Below, one piece after another: positions 49,554 to 60,025 of a DNA stretch of 64,000 bases. The translations under genes and the position numbers were made by a program. The stretch lies in contig CAWBOS010000013.1 in NCBI GenBank assembly GCA_963790475.1, positions 96,001-160,000 of the forward strand. Direction: 5' to 3'. The notes beneath the pieces were generated by a model. That model saw only the letters and a list, made by a program, of their open reading frames with translations. It was not told where the DNA came from and made no database searches. This stretch comes from an uncultured delta proteobacterium (GTDB taxonomy: Bacteria; Desulfobacterota; RBG-13-43-22). Each line of letters starts with the position of its first letter. Position 1 is the first letter of the stretch.

Positions 49554-52500
49554 AGGGCCCCCTCCAATAAAGTGTCGATCTTACATAAAAGCTGATCGTC
49601 TTCATACCAGTTGAGTTCGATGGCCTTGGCCGGGCATTCAGCGGCACAGATCCCGCACCCGTGGCACAGGGCCTCATCGATTTCACTGAACCCTTCGGCA
49701 TTGATCTTGGGCACGCCGTAAGGACAGGACCTGACACAGATAAGGCAAGCCGCGCACAAATCGGTCTGAACCTGGGCGGTTACGGCCGATAGGGTCAGTT
49801 CTTTCCGGGAAAGGAAGGTGGTGGCCCGGGAGGCCGCGGCTTGGGCCTGGGCGATGGTTTCGTTCATCAGTTTCGGGCTGTGGGCCGCTTCCGCAAATAA
49901 AGATCCCTTCGGTGGCCATGTCCACCGGACGCAGTTTGACATGGGCTTCCATAAAGTACCCTTCGGCGGTCCGGGCCAGCTTGACGATTGAAGCCAGTTC
50001 TTCGGTATCCGCCGCCACCATCCCGGCACTTAAGCCCAGAAGGTCGACCTTGACCTGCATATTTCGACCCAGGACATGGTCCCTGAAATTTACCACCAGT
50101 CCTTCTTCAACCTGTTCCACCTGGGGAGGGGTTTCCGGGTCGAAGCGGAAGAAGACCACCCCTTTTTCCCGGGCTTCTTTATAATAGGTTTCCAGCAATC
50201 CATAGGTGCGGATATCGCGGTAAAAAATGAATACCTCGGCCTCGGGATTGAGATTTTTTATTTTAAGGGCGTTCTTGATGGCACTTTGACAACAGATGCG
50301 CGAACAATTGGGGTTTTCCTCGTTCCGGGATCCGACACACTGGATCATGGCCACCTGGTTCAGATCTTGGGCCCCTTTTTCTTTGAGACGTTTGGCCAGC
50401 TCAACCTGAGTCATGACTTTTTCGCTTTGACCGTAGAGATATTCCCGGGGTTGATATTCGGAAGCCCCGGTGGCAATCAGGGTCACCCCGTGATTGATCT
50501 TGCGCTGGTACGGGCCCGGTCCGACGAGTAGCTCGGTGGTGAAGTTTCCCTGGAAACCGGTAAATCCGACTACTAAAGCCTGGGTCAGTACCTGAATCAG
50601 GGGATGGGTGGTCACCCGTTCTACCAGACCTTGCAGATAGGTCTGAATATCATCTCCTTCAATAGTAAAGGTCAGACGGTTGGCCATGCCCCCCAATTGT
50701 TTTTCCTTCTCAACCAACACCACCTCATATCCCTGATCAGCCAGTCCCAGGGCGGCATTCATTCCCGGCCACCCCGCCGCCGATAACCAAGGCGCGTTGG
50801 TTGACGGTGATGACCTTCTCCCGCAGCGGGCTAAGGCTTCCGGCCCGCGAGACGGCCATACGGATCAGTTCCCGGGCCTTATCGGTGGCCTCCCGGGGAT
50901 CGTCCGAGTGGACCCAGGAATCCTGGTTGCGGATGTTGGCCATTTCCAGGAGGTACTTATTTAAGCCGCAACTCTGGAGGGTATCCATAAAGATGCCCTC
51001 ATGGGTTTTCGGGGTACAGGCGGCCACCACCACCCGGTTGAGCCGGTGCTCCCGAATACTTTCTTTCATGATTTCCAAGGAATCCTGACTGCAGGAAAAA
51101 AGGTTCTGCCGGGCATAGACCACGTTGGGCAGGCTTCGGGCAAAGGCCTCCGCCTCGGCCACATCCACGACTCCGGCGATATTGATACCGCAGTTGCAGA
51201 CATAGACCCCGATGCGTGGTTCTTCGTCCGCGACCTCGATTTCCTGGGGAAGGTCAAGGGTTCTGGTGCGTGTGTTTCGGACATTGGCCAATTTTACCCC
51301 GGCCAGGCAAGCCGCGGCACTGGCCTCGGTAACCGAACCGGGGATATCCTTGGGTCCCTGAAACACGCCGCAGGCATAGACGCCCGCACGGGAGGTCTCT
51401 ATGGGCGCAAAGGTCGATGTCTTGACAAAGCCGTATCCATCCAGCTCCACATCGAGCCTCCGGGCCAGATCCTTGGAAGATTCCGGCACCTGGAGGCCCA
51501 CGGACAGGACGATCAGGTCAAAGAATTCTTCTTTAACCTCGCCGTCTTCATCCACATAGCGGATATGCAGATCCCGGTCTCCGGCGATTTCGTCAAAGGA
51601 GTGAACCCGGGACCTTGATGAAGCGCACGCCGGCCTTGTCTCTGGCCCGCAGATAGATATTTTTCGTAGTCCTTTCCGAAGGTACGAATATCCATGTTGA
51701 AAATGGCACAATCCAAATCTCCCTTGGCATGCTCCTTGGCCATCATGGCATCCTTGATGGCGTACATACAGCATACCGAGGAGCAATAGCTGTTCCCGCA
51801 GTGATTGGTGTCCCTGGACCCGATGCATTGAAACCAGGCGATTTTTTTCGGCTCTTTTCCGTCGGAGGGACGGATCAGGTGCCCCTGGGTCGGGCCGGAA
51901 GCGCTCAGGATTCTCTCGAATTCCAGACTGGTCAGGACATTGGGATTTCTGTGGTATTGATAAAGCTCTTCCAGAGGGGAAGGGTCATAGGGCCGGCTGC
52001 CGGTAGCCAAAACAACCGAACCGATCTCGATTTCCTTTTCCATCACCGTCTGATCATGGTCCACGGCTTGGGCCAGACAGGCCTCGACACACTGGTAGCA
52101 TTCGGAGCAAATACCGCATTTCAGACATCGGCGGGCTTCCTGTTGTGAATCGCTTTCCTGATAACCCAGTTGAACCTCATTGAAGTTTTGGATGCGTTGA
52201 TCGGCCGGGGCCTGAGACATCCGGGTTCGCGCTTGAAGAATCTGCCCCTCGGTTGGAACATCAATAACAGCTTCCCAATGTTTCGGTCGCCCCTGGCGCA
52301 GATCGCGGCCCTGGAGAAAGCGGTCAATGGAAAGGGCCGCTTCTTTGCCGGCCCCGATGGCCTCCACTACGGTCCGCGGTCCGCTGACCGCATCCCCGCC
52401 GGCAAAGATATCCCGGTCGTCGGACTGTAAGGTTACCGGATCGACCCGGATGGTCCCCCAATCATTTAGCTTACAGGCGCACTCTTCGGTCAGGCAGGTC

Positions 52501-54032
52501 CAATCGGACTCCTGGCCGATGGCCGGAATAACGGCATCGACTTCGATGATAAATTCACTGCCGGGGATCGGTTCCGGGCGGCGGCGCCCGCTTTGATCCG
52601 GCTCACCCAGGGCCATTCGGATACATTCTATGGCCTTGACCCGACCGGCTTCGGCTATCACCCGTACCGGATTGGTCAGGGTCATGATCTCGATTCCCTC
52701 GGCCTGGCATTCTTCAATCTCTTCGGCATTGGCCGGCATCTCTTCCAGACTGCGCCGGTAGATAATGAAAGGATGGGCGCTGCCGGTGCGCAGGGCGGTG
52801 CGCACCGCATCCATGGCCACATTACCGCCACCGACCACCGCCACCCGGTCTCCCAGTTTGATCCGGTTGCCGAGATTGACTTCCCGGAGGAAGTCGAGAC
52901 CCGGATAGACCCCCGGCAGATCTTCCCCTTCGATGCCCAGGGCCTTGCAGGCCTGGGATCCGATCCCCAGAAAGAAGGCCCCATACCCCTGATGGCGCAG
53001 TTGGCCGATAGTAAAATCCTTGCCGATCTCCAGCCCGGTTTTGAACTCCACACCCAGATCACGGATGGTCTGGATTTCCGCTTCGATGATGTTACGAGGC
53101 AACCGGTAGGCGGGAATACCAACGGTCAACATTCCCCCCAGAACGGGCAGTTTTTCAAAAACCGTGACCGCATATCCCTCTATGGCCAGAAAGTAGGCGC
53201 AGGTCAAACCGGCCGGTCCGGCGCCGATGATGGCCACCTTTTCCGGTCTGGGTTCTTTTTTCTGAGGCAAAAAGGGAGGGCCGCTTTTCTGGTCCCAGTC
53301 GGCCAAGAACCGGTGGAGATTCATGATCGCCAATGGTTCATCGACCGACTGGCGGGTGCAGGCCGCTTCGCAAGGGTGATGACAAACCCGTCCGCAAACA
53401 CCGGGAAAAGGATGGTCTTTTTTAAAAAGCTCCATGGCCTCCCGGTATTTTTCGGTGTTCATAAGGGCAATATACCCCTGAACACTCACATGAGCCGGAC
53501 AAGTAACCCGGCAGGGGGCGTTTCCACGCTTGCTGATGGCATATCCACCGGGAATCGCCTGGGGATATTTTTTAAAGGCGGCCTTGCGCTTGGATAGACC
53601 TTGATCATATTCGTTGGGCAGCTCTATGGGGCAGACCTTGCTGCATTCACCGCAGCTGGTGCATTTGGATAAGTCCACGAAGCGGGGCTGTTGCCGGAGT
53701 CGGGCCTTGAAAAGACCCTGCTCTCCATCCAATCCCAGGACTTCGGTATTAGTCAGAATTTCGATGTTCAGATGCCGGCCGACCTCGACCAGTTTAGGCG
53801 AGATAATTCACATGGCGCAGTCATTGGTGGGAAAGGTCTTATCCAACTGAGACATCAATCCGCCGATGGCCGATGAGTGCTCGACCAGGTAGACATAGTA
53901 CCCGGAATTGGCCAGGTCCAGTGCTGATTGCATTCCGGCGATGCCTCCCCCGACCACCATGACCGCCCCGACGAAACTTGGTCCTTCGCTCACGACCGCA
54001 GGTGTTAGGCCTTTTTTGGTTTTCGATTCCAT
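49550..54032 (-). CDS. hdrA: Large HdrA-like flavoprotein (HdrL type, inserted GltD-like NAD(P)H domain), selenoprotein; four +1 frameshifts near 51656, 51613, 50763 and 49889
   Basis: [21 protein letters not shown](53808-53810)-IISPKL; GAGPAG and GGGNVAMD (GltD-like); QCIGSRD..CSSVCC; QCVGSR..CSRICC; C-terminal 2x[4Fe-4S]. Confidence 0.9.
53775..53792 (-). promoter_or_regulatory. Putative bacterial SECIS of hdrA
   Basis: CUGGUCG-AGGU-CGGCCGG hairpin starting 15 nt 3' of the UGA. Confidence 0.65.
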
Positions 54033-54044
54033 TTTACCTTCCCT

Positions 54045-54917
54045 CTAAATCCCTTCGATGATTTCCGGCAGTTTATGTCTCCCATCCCAGAGTGGAAAGA
54101 TAGGCGCCGCTGTACCCCTGATTCTTGAGTTCCCTAACCGTTTCCGCTGCAATCCTGGACACACTCGCGCACCTTGTCCGGTGCCCGGTCAATCCGGTCT
54201 ATAACGGCTTCCGGTATATGAATATGGGGCAGGTTACGGAGGATGTATCGGGCCATCCCCAACGGACTTGAGCAGCATGACCGTGGGAATAATGGCCACC
54301 TTTCGGAGATCGATCCTTTTTTGGTACGGTTCGAGCAAAGATAAGTCGAAGAGGGGGGAAGTGACGAAAAAGCGCGCCCCGGCCTCGACCTTTTTCATCA
54401 TCTCTTCCACTTCCATCTCCGTCGATTTTCCCTTGGATCCGGCATCGGCGGTGGAACCGATAAAAAAGTCCGGTGCACCCCTGAGTTCGATGCCGGCCAT
54501 ATCCCGACCTTTGTTGAGCCGGTCGATGGCCCTAATCAACTCGATGAGGTCGATATCAAATACCGAACGGGCCTGGTGATGATCCCCGAAGCTGAGATCT
54601 TCACCGCCGACCGCCATGACGGTGGTGATCCCCAGGGCGTGGGCCGCCAGTAAATCACCCTGAATAGCCAAACGGTTTCGGTCCCGGCAGCACACCTGAA
54701 ATACCGTCGGCAGATCTTCGTTCTGCAAGACCATGGCCCCTCCCAGGGAACTCATTCGCATGACGGCATTACTCATCTCCGGCACAACGAAGGCATCGAT
54801 CCCCTCTTTGACTCTTTTGGCATTGGACAGCATGTCAGAGACATCCACCCCTTTTGGTGGTTCCATTTCTGCCAAAACAATAAATTCTCCCGCCTCGATT
54901 TTGTCCTTTAACCCCAT
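54045..54917 (-). CDS. Second, divergent MetF-like protein (+1 frameshifts near 54257, 54158 and 54078)
   Basis: EMEPPKG, CRDRNRLAIQGD; corrected C-terminus GMARYILRNLPHIHIPEAVIDRI..TLGWEHKLPEIIEGI*. Confidence 0.8.
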
Positions 54918-54999
54918 GGCTGCCTCCGATTTTTATTAAGTAATAGAGTCCTGAAAAAGCACAGGAAAGTCGAACCTTGAGTCACACTAATCATTCATT

Positions 55000-55015
55000 A
55001 ACAAAAAGTGTGCCA
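55000..55015 (-). promoter_or_regulatory. Putative sigma54 (-24/-12) promoter of the metF-hdrA operon
   Basis: TGGCAC-ACTTT-TTGTT; the -12 has GT instead of GC. A divergent sigma54 activator is adjacent. Confidence 0.55.
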
Positions 55016-55117
55016 TAATGAGAATAATTCCTTTAAATTAGTTTATTTTTGTGAATTCAATATGTTAAAATAAATAAATTAGAACCAGTGATCATTGTTG
55101 AAATTTTCTTTAAACTA

Positions 55118-55203
55118 TGCCATTATGGCCTATTGTATTTTTATTTTATTTGATATCAAAATGTTAGTCTAATGATGCCATTTCGGCACAGGCCATTATG
55201 GCA
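55118..55203. promoter_or_regulatory. Three palindromic UAS-like boxes and an IHF site
   Basis: TGCCATTATGGCC (55118), TGCCATTTCGGCA (55176), GGCCATTATGGCA (55191); TATCAAAATGTTA (55154-55166) matches WATCAANNNNTTR. Confidence 0.6.
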
Positions 55204-55220
55204 CATAGGGGGAGGTTGCC

Positions 55221-56591
55221 ATTTCAGCCCGGATATTGATTGTCGACGATGACTGGGATTTTCTTGAATTAATGAAAGCGCGGTTGGCCGGGGCCGGTTT
55301 TCAACAGGTGCGCATCGAGGATGATCCCTTAAAGGCAGCGGAAATGATACAAGCGGAAGAGGTCTTCGACATCGCTCTGATAGATATAACCATGCCGGAA
55401 ATGGACGGACTTCAGTTGCTGGACATGGTCAAGAACAACAGCCCCAGGACCGAGTGCATCATGGTTACCGCGGTGAACGATGTGCGGGTGGCTGTCCAGT
55501 GTATCAGAAAAGGGGCCTACGATTATTTAGTCAAACCGATCAGTGAAGAGGACCTTGTCTTTTCCCTCAGGCGGACCCTCGAAAAAAAGCGGCTTCTCGA
55601 AATTCTGGACATTGAAAAAAGCAAGGTCTTGCCGGTTCTGTCCCACCCCGAGGCCTTCCAATCCATCAGTACACGGTCTCCTTCCATGATGCGCTTGCTC
55701 AAAGAGGCCGAATTGCACGCCGGCAGCGATGTGCCTATTCTGATTACCGGGGAAAGCGGCACCGGCAAAGAACTTCTGGCCCGGGCGATTCACGCGGTAA
55801 GCCCCCGCGCCCGTTACCCCTTTATGCCGGTCAACATGGCGGCGATCAATCCCGGTCTCTTCGAGGCTGAATTTTTCGGCCATACCCGGGGCGCTTTTAC
55901 CGGCGCTGAAAAAGAGCGGGCCGGATATTTGAAGCATGCCAATCATGGCACCTTGTTTCTGGATGAGATCGGGAATCTCCCTCTGGAAATGCAAGGAAAA
56001 TTATTAAGGGTACTCCAGGATGGTGAATATACCCCTTTAGGATCCAGTGTCGCTCAAAAAGTCGATGTGCGGTTTGTGACCGCCACCAATGAAAACCTGG
56101 AAATGCTGATATCCGGGAAAAACTTTCGCAAGGACCTGTACTATCGAATCCGGGGAGGCTGGCTGCACCTGCCGCCGTTACGGGAAAGACCGGAAGACAT
56201 CCCCCTGCTGGTAGACCGTTTTCTGGATGAATACCGGAATGGAGGACCGCACTGTCATTTAGAAGAAGAGGCCTTTAAACTTCTCTGCCAATACGACTAC
56301 CCCGGTAACATCAGGGAACTGAAATCCATCATCCAGTCTGCCGTAAATCTCGCCCAGGGGGAAGCCATTACTTCCAGCATGTTCCCGGCTCCCTTGCGGG
56401 AGATTCCGCTCATCTTTCCTGTAGAACCGCAAAGGGAGTCTACCGCCATCATCCCCCTTTCCGAATATGAAAGGGCCTATATCATTAAAGTCTACCGGCA
56501 GCTACACCAGAATAAATCTCAAACTTCCCGCCTTCTGGGAATAGGGATGAACACCCTGCGACGAAAATTGAAATCCTTTAATATCCCATGA
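55221..56591 (+). CDS. Sigma54-dependent response regulator (NtrC family)
   Basis: REC, GESGTGKE, GAFTGA, LFLDEI, YPGNIREL, HTH. Start is ATT 55221 after GGAGG, or TTG 55236. Confidence 0.93.
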   Translation: MSARILIVDDDWDFLELMKARLAGAGFQQVRIEDDPLKAAEMIQAEEVFDIALIDITMPEMDGLQLLDMVKNNSPRTECIMVTAVNDVRVAVQCIRKGAYDYLVKPISEEDLVFSLRRTLEKKRLLEILDIEKSKVLPVLSHPEAFQSISTRSPSMMRLLKEAELHAGSDVPILITGESGTGKELLARAIHAVSPRARYPFMPVNMAAINPGLFEAEFFGHTRGAFTGAEKERAGYLKHANHGTLFLDEIGNLPLEMQGKLLRVLQDGEYTPLGSSVAQKVDVRFVTATNENLEMLISGKNFRKDLYYRIRGGWLHLPPLRERPEDIPLLVDRFLDEYRNGGPHCHLEEEAFKLLCQYDYPGNIRELKSIIQSAVNLAQGEAITSSMFPAPLREIPLIFPVEPQRESTAIIPLSEYERAYIIKVYRQLHQNKSQTSRLLGIGMNTLRRKLKSFNIP

Positions 56592-56803
56592 CCGGCTGTC
56601 ATCGTCGGCTGGGGCCTGAAAACGGAGATGAACCCGGCCATTTCATAATTTCGGATAGTGCCTTGTTAATTACGAGTCTCATTATAGTCTTGACCTGAAA
56701 CGGAGGACTTGCATTAAATAGGACGAAGGCTTCTCCTGGGAGTCAATATTATTCTGAGACCGTTAAGAACAGAAAGAGTCCCTCTCCTAAGAAGGAAAAA
56801 AGA

Positions 56804-57289
56804 ATGAAAAAAATCAAACTGGGTGGGATTATTGAGCACAAAGGTCTGAGCCTGGTCAGTATAGAGAATATCCCCGACCGCCCCGGTATTGCCGGTTTTA
56901 CTTTCCAAACCCTGAGTCAGCGGGGTATAAACATCGAATTTATCATCCACTGTCTAAATCAGAAGGGATTAAGCCAAGTTATTTTTTGCGTGTCCCATGC
57001 CCAGAAGGAAGAGACCATGGTGGTTTTGAATGAAATCAAGTCCCGGATCGGGAATCCGGATTTTCTGGTTGACTCCGATATTGCGGTTGTCTCCATTTTC
57101 GGACCCCATTTCCGGGAACGTCCCGGCATCGCCGGTACTTTCTTCGCCGCCTTAAATTCAAAGGGCATTAATATCCGGGCTATCAGCACTTCCATCTCGA
57201 CCTGTTCCTGTGTTATCTCCTCCCAGGATCTGTTAGGCGCGGTCAAGGCCATTGGGGAATCCTTTGATGTGCCCGGCGGTGAGGAATAG
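56804..57289 (+). CDS. Tandem ACT-domain protein (aspartokinase-beta-like)
   Basis: IPDRPGIAG..GINIEFI; FRERPGIAG..GINIRAISTS. Confidence 0.85.
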   Translation: MKKIKLGGIIEHKGLSLVSIENIPDRPGIAGFTFQTLSQRGINIEFIIHCLNQKGLSQVIFCVSHAQKEETMVVLNEIKSRIGNPDFLVDSDIAVVSIFGPHFRERPGIAGTFFAALNSKGINIRAISTSISTCSCVISSQDLLGAVKAIGESFDVPGGEE

Positions 57290-57452
57290 TCAGAAGGTCT
57301 ATGGAAGATGAATCAGTCAGCAGGGAAGGTCTTGAATAATTGGAATCAAATTTAAAGGTTTTGAACTTGTGTTTTGATATAAAAAATGTTAGGATTTGAC
57401 AAACTTAAAATTGAAAATTTAGAATTTAGGTCTCATTCAACAAGGAGGTTTA

Positions 57453-57839
57453 ATGGAGAAGAAAAGAATTCTGATCGTTGATGATGATCCGGATCTGGTG
57501 GAAACCGTCAGTATGATGCTTGAGTCCAAGGGGTTTGCTCCCCTTCCTGCCTACGGCGGAATAGAGGGGTTGGAAAAAGCCCGAGTGGAAAAACCTGATT
57601 TGATCGTTCTTGACGTCATGATGCCCGATAAGGATGGTTATGCGGTTTGCAATGAGCTAAAAAAAGACCCGGTGTTAAAAGAAATCCCGATTATACTTCT
57701 GACCGCAATCGGGGATCATATTACCTCCACTACTTATACTTTACGGGGGGGAATGGAAACCTTTGCCGACGATTTCTTTCAGAAACCGGTTAATACTCAA
57801 GCTTTGGTCAATCGAATCGGAGAGTTGCTAAAGGGATAA
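57453..57839 (+). CDS. Single-domain response regulator (paralogue of 46993-47385)
   Basis: IVDDDP, LDVMMPDKDGY, LLTAI, FQKP. Confidence 0.92.
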   Translation: MEKKRILIVDDDPDLVETVSMMLESKGFAPLPAYGGIEGLEKARVEKPDLIVLDVMMPDKDGYAVCNELKKDPVLKEIPIILLTAIGDHITSTTYTLRGGMETFADDFFQKPVNTQALVNRIGELLKG

Positions 57840-57984
57840 TTATCGCTGTTTTTTTGAAGAAATGGGGTGATGGTTTGGAAAAATACTCGAGGCCATCATT
57901 TCATTTCTCTTTATATCTCCTTCCCGCCAATCTCTGGGGTTAAAGATAATTCCTCAAATAAAAAGATATATTCATCTCACCCTT

Positions 57985-58138
57985 GATGAGTTCGTGGAAA
58001 GTCACCAGAGGCGCCACCCCGGCGAACCCCGGATCAGGTCCGGGGCAGGCGCCGGTGCCCATAACTAAGTGAATTTTATTGATTATTAATTTAATCGGAA
58101 TGACGGAAATGGGATTTTGACGACTTTCTACGAATCTA
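57985..58138. repeat. Degenerate REP/MITE-like element
   Basis: Ends gatgagttcgtggaaagtc and gactttctacgaatctat; internal ccccggatcaggtccgggg and ggaatgac. Confidence 0.7.
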
Positions 58139-58250
58139 TAGCTTCAATTTCTTCACTCAATTTTTTTCCCCCCTGGTTATTTTTCTAAACTTTTTAGAAA
58201 AGAATCCCGATAAATATAATCAGAAAACTTAATAATATTATGTATGAAGG

Positions 58251-58592
58251 ATGGCGCTGGTGGCAATCTCTGTTCCCTTCGAAACCCTTGAGCCGGGAAT
58301 GGTATTAGCTGAACCGGTTTTAAACCGGATGGGACAAATTCTATTGAGCAAAGGGAGTGAATTGTCTCCCCGACATTTAACGGTATTGAGAACTTGGGGA
58401 ATTTCAGCGGTGGTCATTGAAGGCGAAGAAACCGAGGGCCGGGACCCCATTGTGGACGAAGCAATCCAAAAACGTGCCCTGACCAGAATAAAAATGCGCT
58501 TGTTTTGGCATCCCCAAAGTCCGTTAGAGAAAGAAATTTTTGATCTGGCCGTTCAGCAGGCTGTTCAACGTTCCTTGCAGGGAAGTTTTTAG
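58251..58592 (+). CDS. Small protein resembling the N-terminal domain of HD-GYP proteins
   Basis: LEPGMVLAEPVLNRMGQILLSKGSELSPRHLTVLRTWGI. Confidence 0.7.
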   Translation: MALVAISVPFETLEPGMVLAEPVLNRMGQILLSKGSELSPRHLTVLRTWGISAVVIEGEETEGRDPIVDEAIQKRALTRIKMRLFWHPQSPLEKEIFDLAVQQAVQRSLQGSF

Positions 58593-58692
58593 GAACCCGG
58601 CGAGGAGATTTTAATATATAACCTTTGGCCGTCCCCGCCTCTCCAGAAGGGACGGCCAAAGGATGAAGTTGGTCTGAGAGGAAACCGTTATT

Positions 58693-59535
58693 ATGGAGAT
58701 AGCAAGCCAGCTCATTAAAAATATTAAAGAATTTTCAACCCTGCCTACCGTTTACTCCTCTTTAGTGGATACCCTGACCGATCCCAAGTCAACCACGGAA
58801 GATGTTTGCAATATCATTACCTGCGACCAAGCCTCGACCACTAAAGTTCTAAAAGTCGTTAATTCTCCTTTTTATGGTTTTTCCGGGCAGATTGACACGG
58901 TTTCCCGGGCCATCGTCATTCTTGGTTTCAATGAAATATATAATCTAATTCTGGCCTCTTACATCATGGATTTTTTCTTAAAAAAAGATGCCGTTTTAGA
59001 TTTTCGGCCTGTGGATTTTTGGGGACATTCGATCGCCGTGGGGATAGCCACCAGGCTGATTGGACAGACTCAGGGTCTTCCAAGTCAGGAAAATTTTTTC
59101 GTAACCGGTATATTACATGATATCGGTAAATTGGTTTTTTTTGAATTTTCAGAAGATCAATTTGCGGCCGCCCTGGCCCTTTCCAAAAGAACTCAACAAT
59201 CCCTCCATGTTTCCGAGATGGCGGTTTTCGGAATGGATCACTCCGAGACGGGAGCGCTCATCGCTGAAAGGTGGCGGTTCCCCTCTTCTATAATCCAAGC
59301 CATCCGCCATCACCAGATTGGAATCGTCCCGGGAAAAAACGACGGATTGACCGCCGCCGTTCACCTGGGGAATATTTTTTGCCGGGCCTTGGAATTGGGT
59401 TATCCGGGAGATGATTTCATCCCTCAGCCCAATCCTGAGGCCATGGAAATCATAAACGCCCAAGCGGGACTGCTGAAAGAAATAACACCCTCTCTGCTGA
59501 AAAATTATGAAGAGACCACCCAATTCCTTTTATAA
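58693..59535 (+). CDS. HDOD-domain protein
   Basis: TLPTV, LKVVNSPFYG, FWGHS, GILHDIGK, DHSETG..WRFP..IRHH. Confidence 0.92.
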   Translation: MEIASQLIKNIKEFSTLPTVYSSLVDTLTDPKSTTEDVCNIITCDQASTTKVLKVVNSPFYGFSGQIDTVSRAIVILGFNEIYNLILASYIMDFFLKKDAVLDFRPVDFWGHSIAVGIATRLIGQTQGLPSQENFFVTGILHDIGKLVFFEFSEDQFAAALALSKRTQQSLHVSEMAVFGMDHSETGALIAERWRFPSSIIQAIRHHQIGIVPGKNDGLTAAVHLGNIFCRALELGYPGDDFIPQPNPEAMEIINAQAGLLKEITPSLLKNYEETTQFLL

Positions 59536-59555
59536 AGAGATAAAGGTCTGAGAAT

Positions 59556-60002
59556 GTGATTTCAATCAATACGGCTTTCAATATTGATAAGGAGGAAGAG
59601 AGGAACCTGGACTGGGAACGCTTTCTGCAAGTCATGGTCTCTCATCTGGAAAATGGTTCTGCCCCGGAATTCGATTTCAACGGGTTTCGCTCTCACCTGG
59701 AGGTCTTTTTAAATTTGCCTTTCTGCCTGTCAGCCTCCCTTTTTTTAATTAACGAGGGAACTTTTGAATTTAATCACCTCTTCTCCTGTCCCGACTTGAA
59801 GGACGATTTAGCTCAAAAGCCATTTGCTGCCCTGGTGTATCAGGGGAAGATCGCTGAGGCCCTGAATTCCAATCAGGGATACTTAACCGGTCCCCATCAG
59901 GGCTTAATGAATGGAACTCATTTTCTCATCATGCCTGGGCCATTTCAGTTAAAGCCTGAGACAACTTCCTTAAGCCCCTTGCCTTTACTCTTCAACAATT
60001 GA
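59556..60002 (+). CDS. Hypothetical protein, possibly truncated
   Basis: 148 aa ORF following the HDOD gene; no motif recognised. Confidence 0.4.
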   Translation: MISINTAFNIDKEEERNLDWERFLQVMVSHLENGSAPEFDFNGFRSHLEVFLNLPFCLSASLFLINEGTFEFNHLFSCPDLKDDLAQKPFAALVYQGKIAEALNSNQGYLTGPHQGLMNGTHFLIMPGPFQLKPETTSLSPLPLLFNN

Positions 60003-60025
60003 AACCTCTTTAAAGCTTTGCCCTT

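Noticed and set aside
32073-54260. About 11 frameshifts (near 32073, 45267, 45571, 46398, 49889, 50763, 51613, 51656, 54078, 54158, 54257) as programmed frameshifting or pseudogenisation
   Set aside because: All are single-base insertions in otherwise intact genes, with no shared slippery motif and no accumulated stops. This fits consensus sequencing error; read mapping would settle it.
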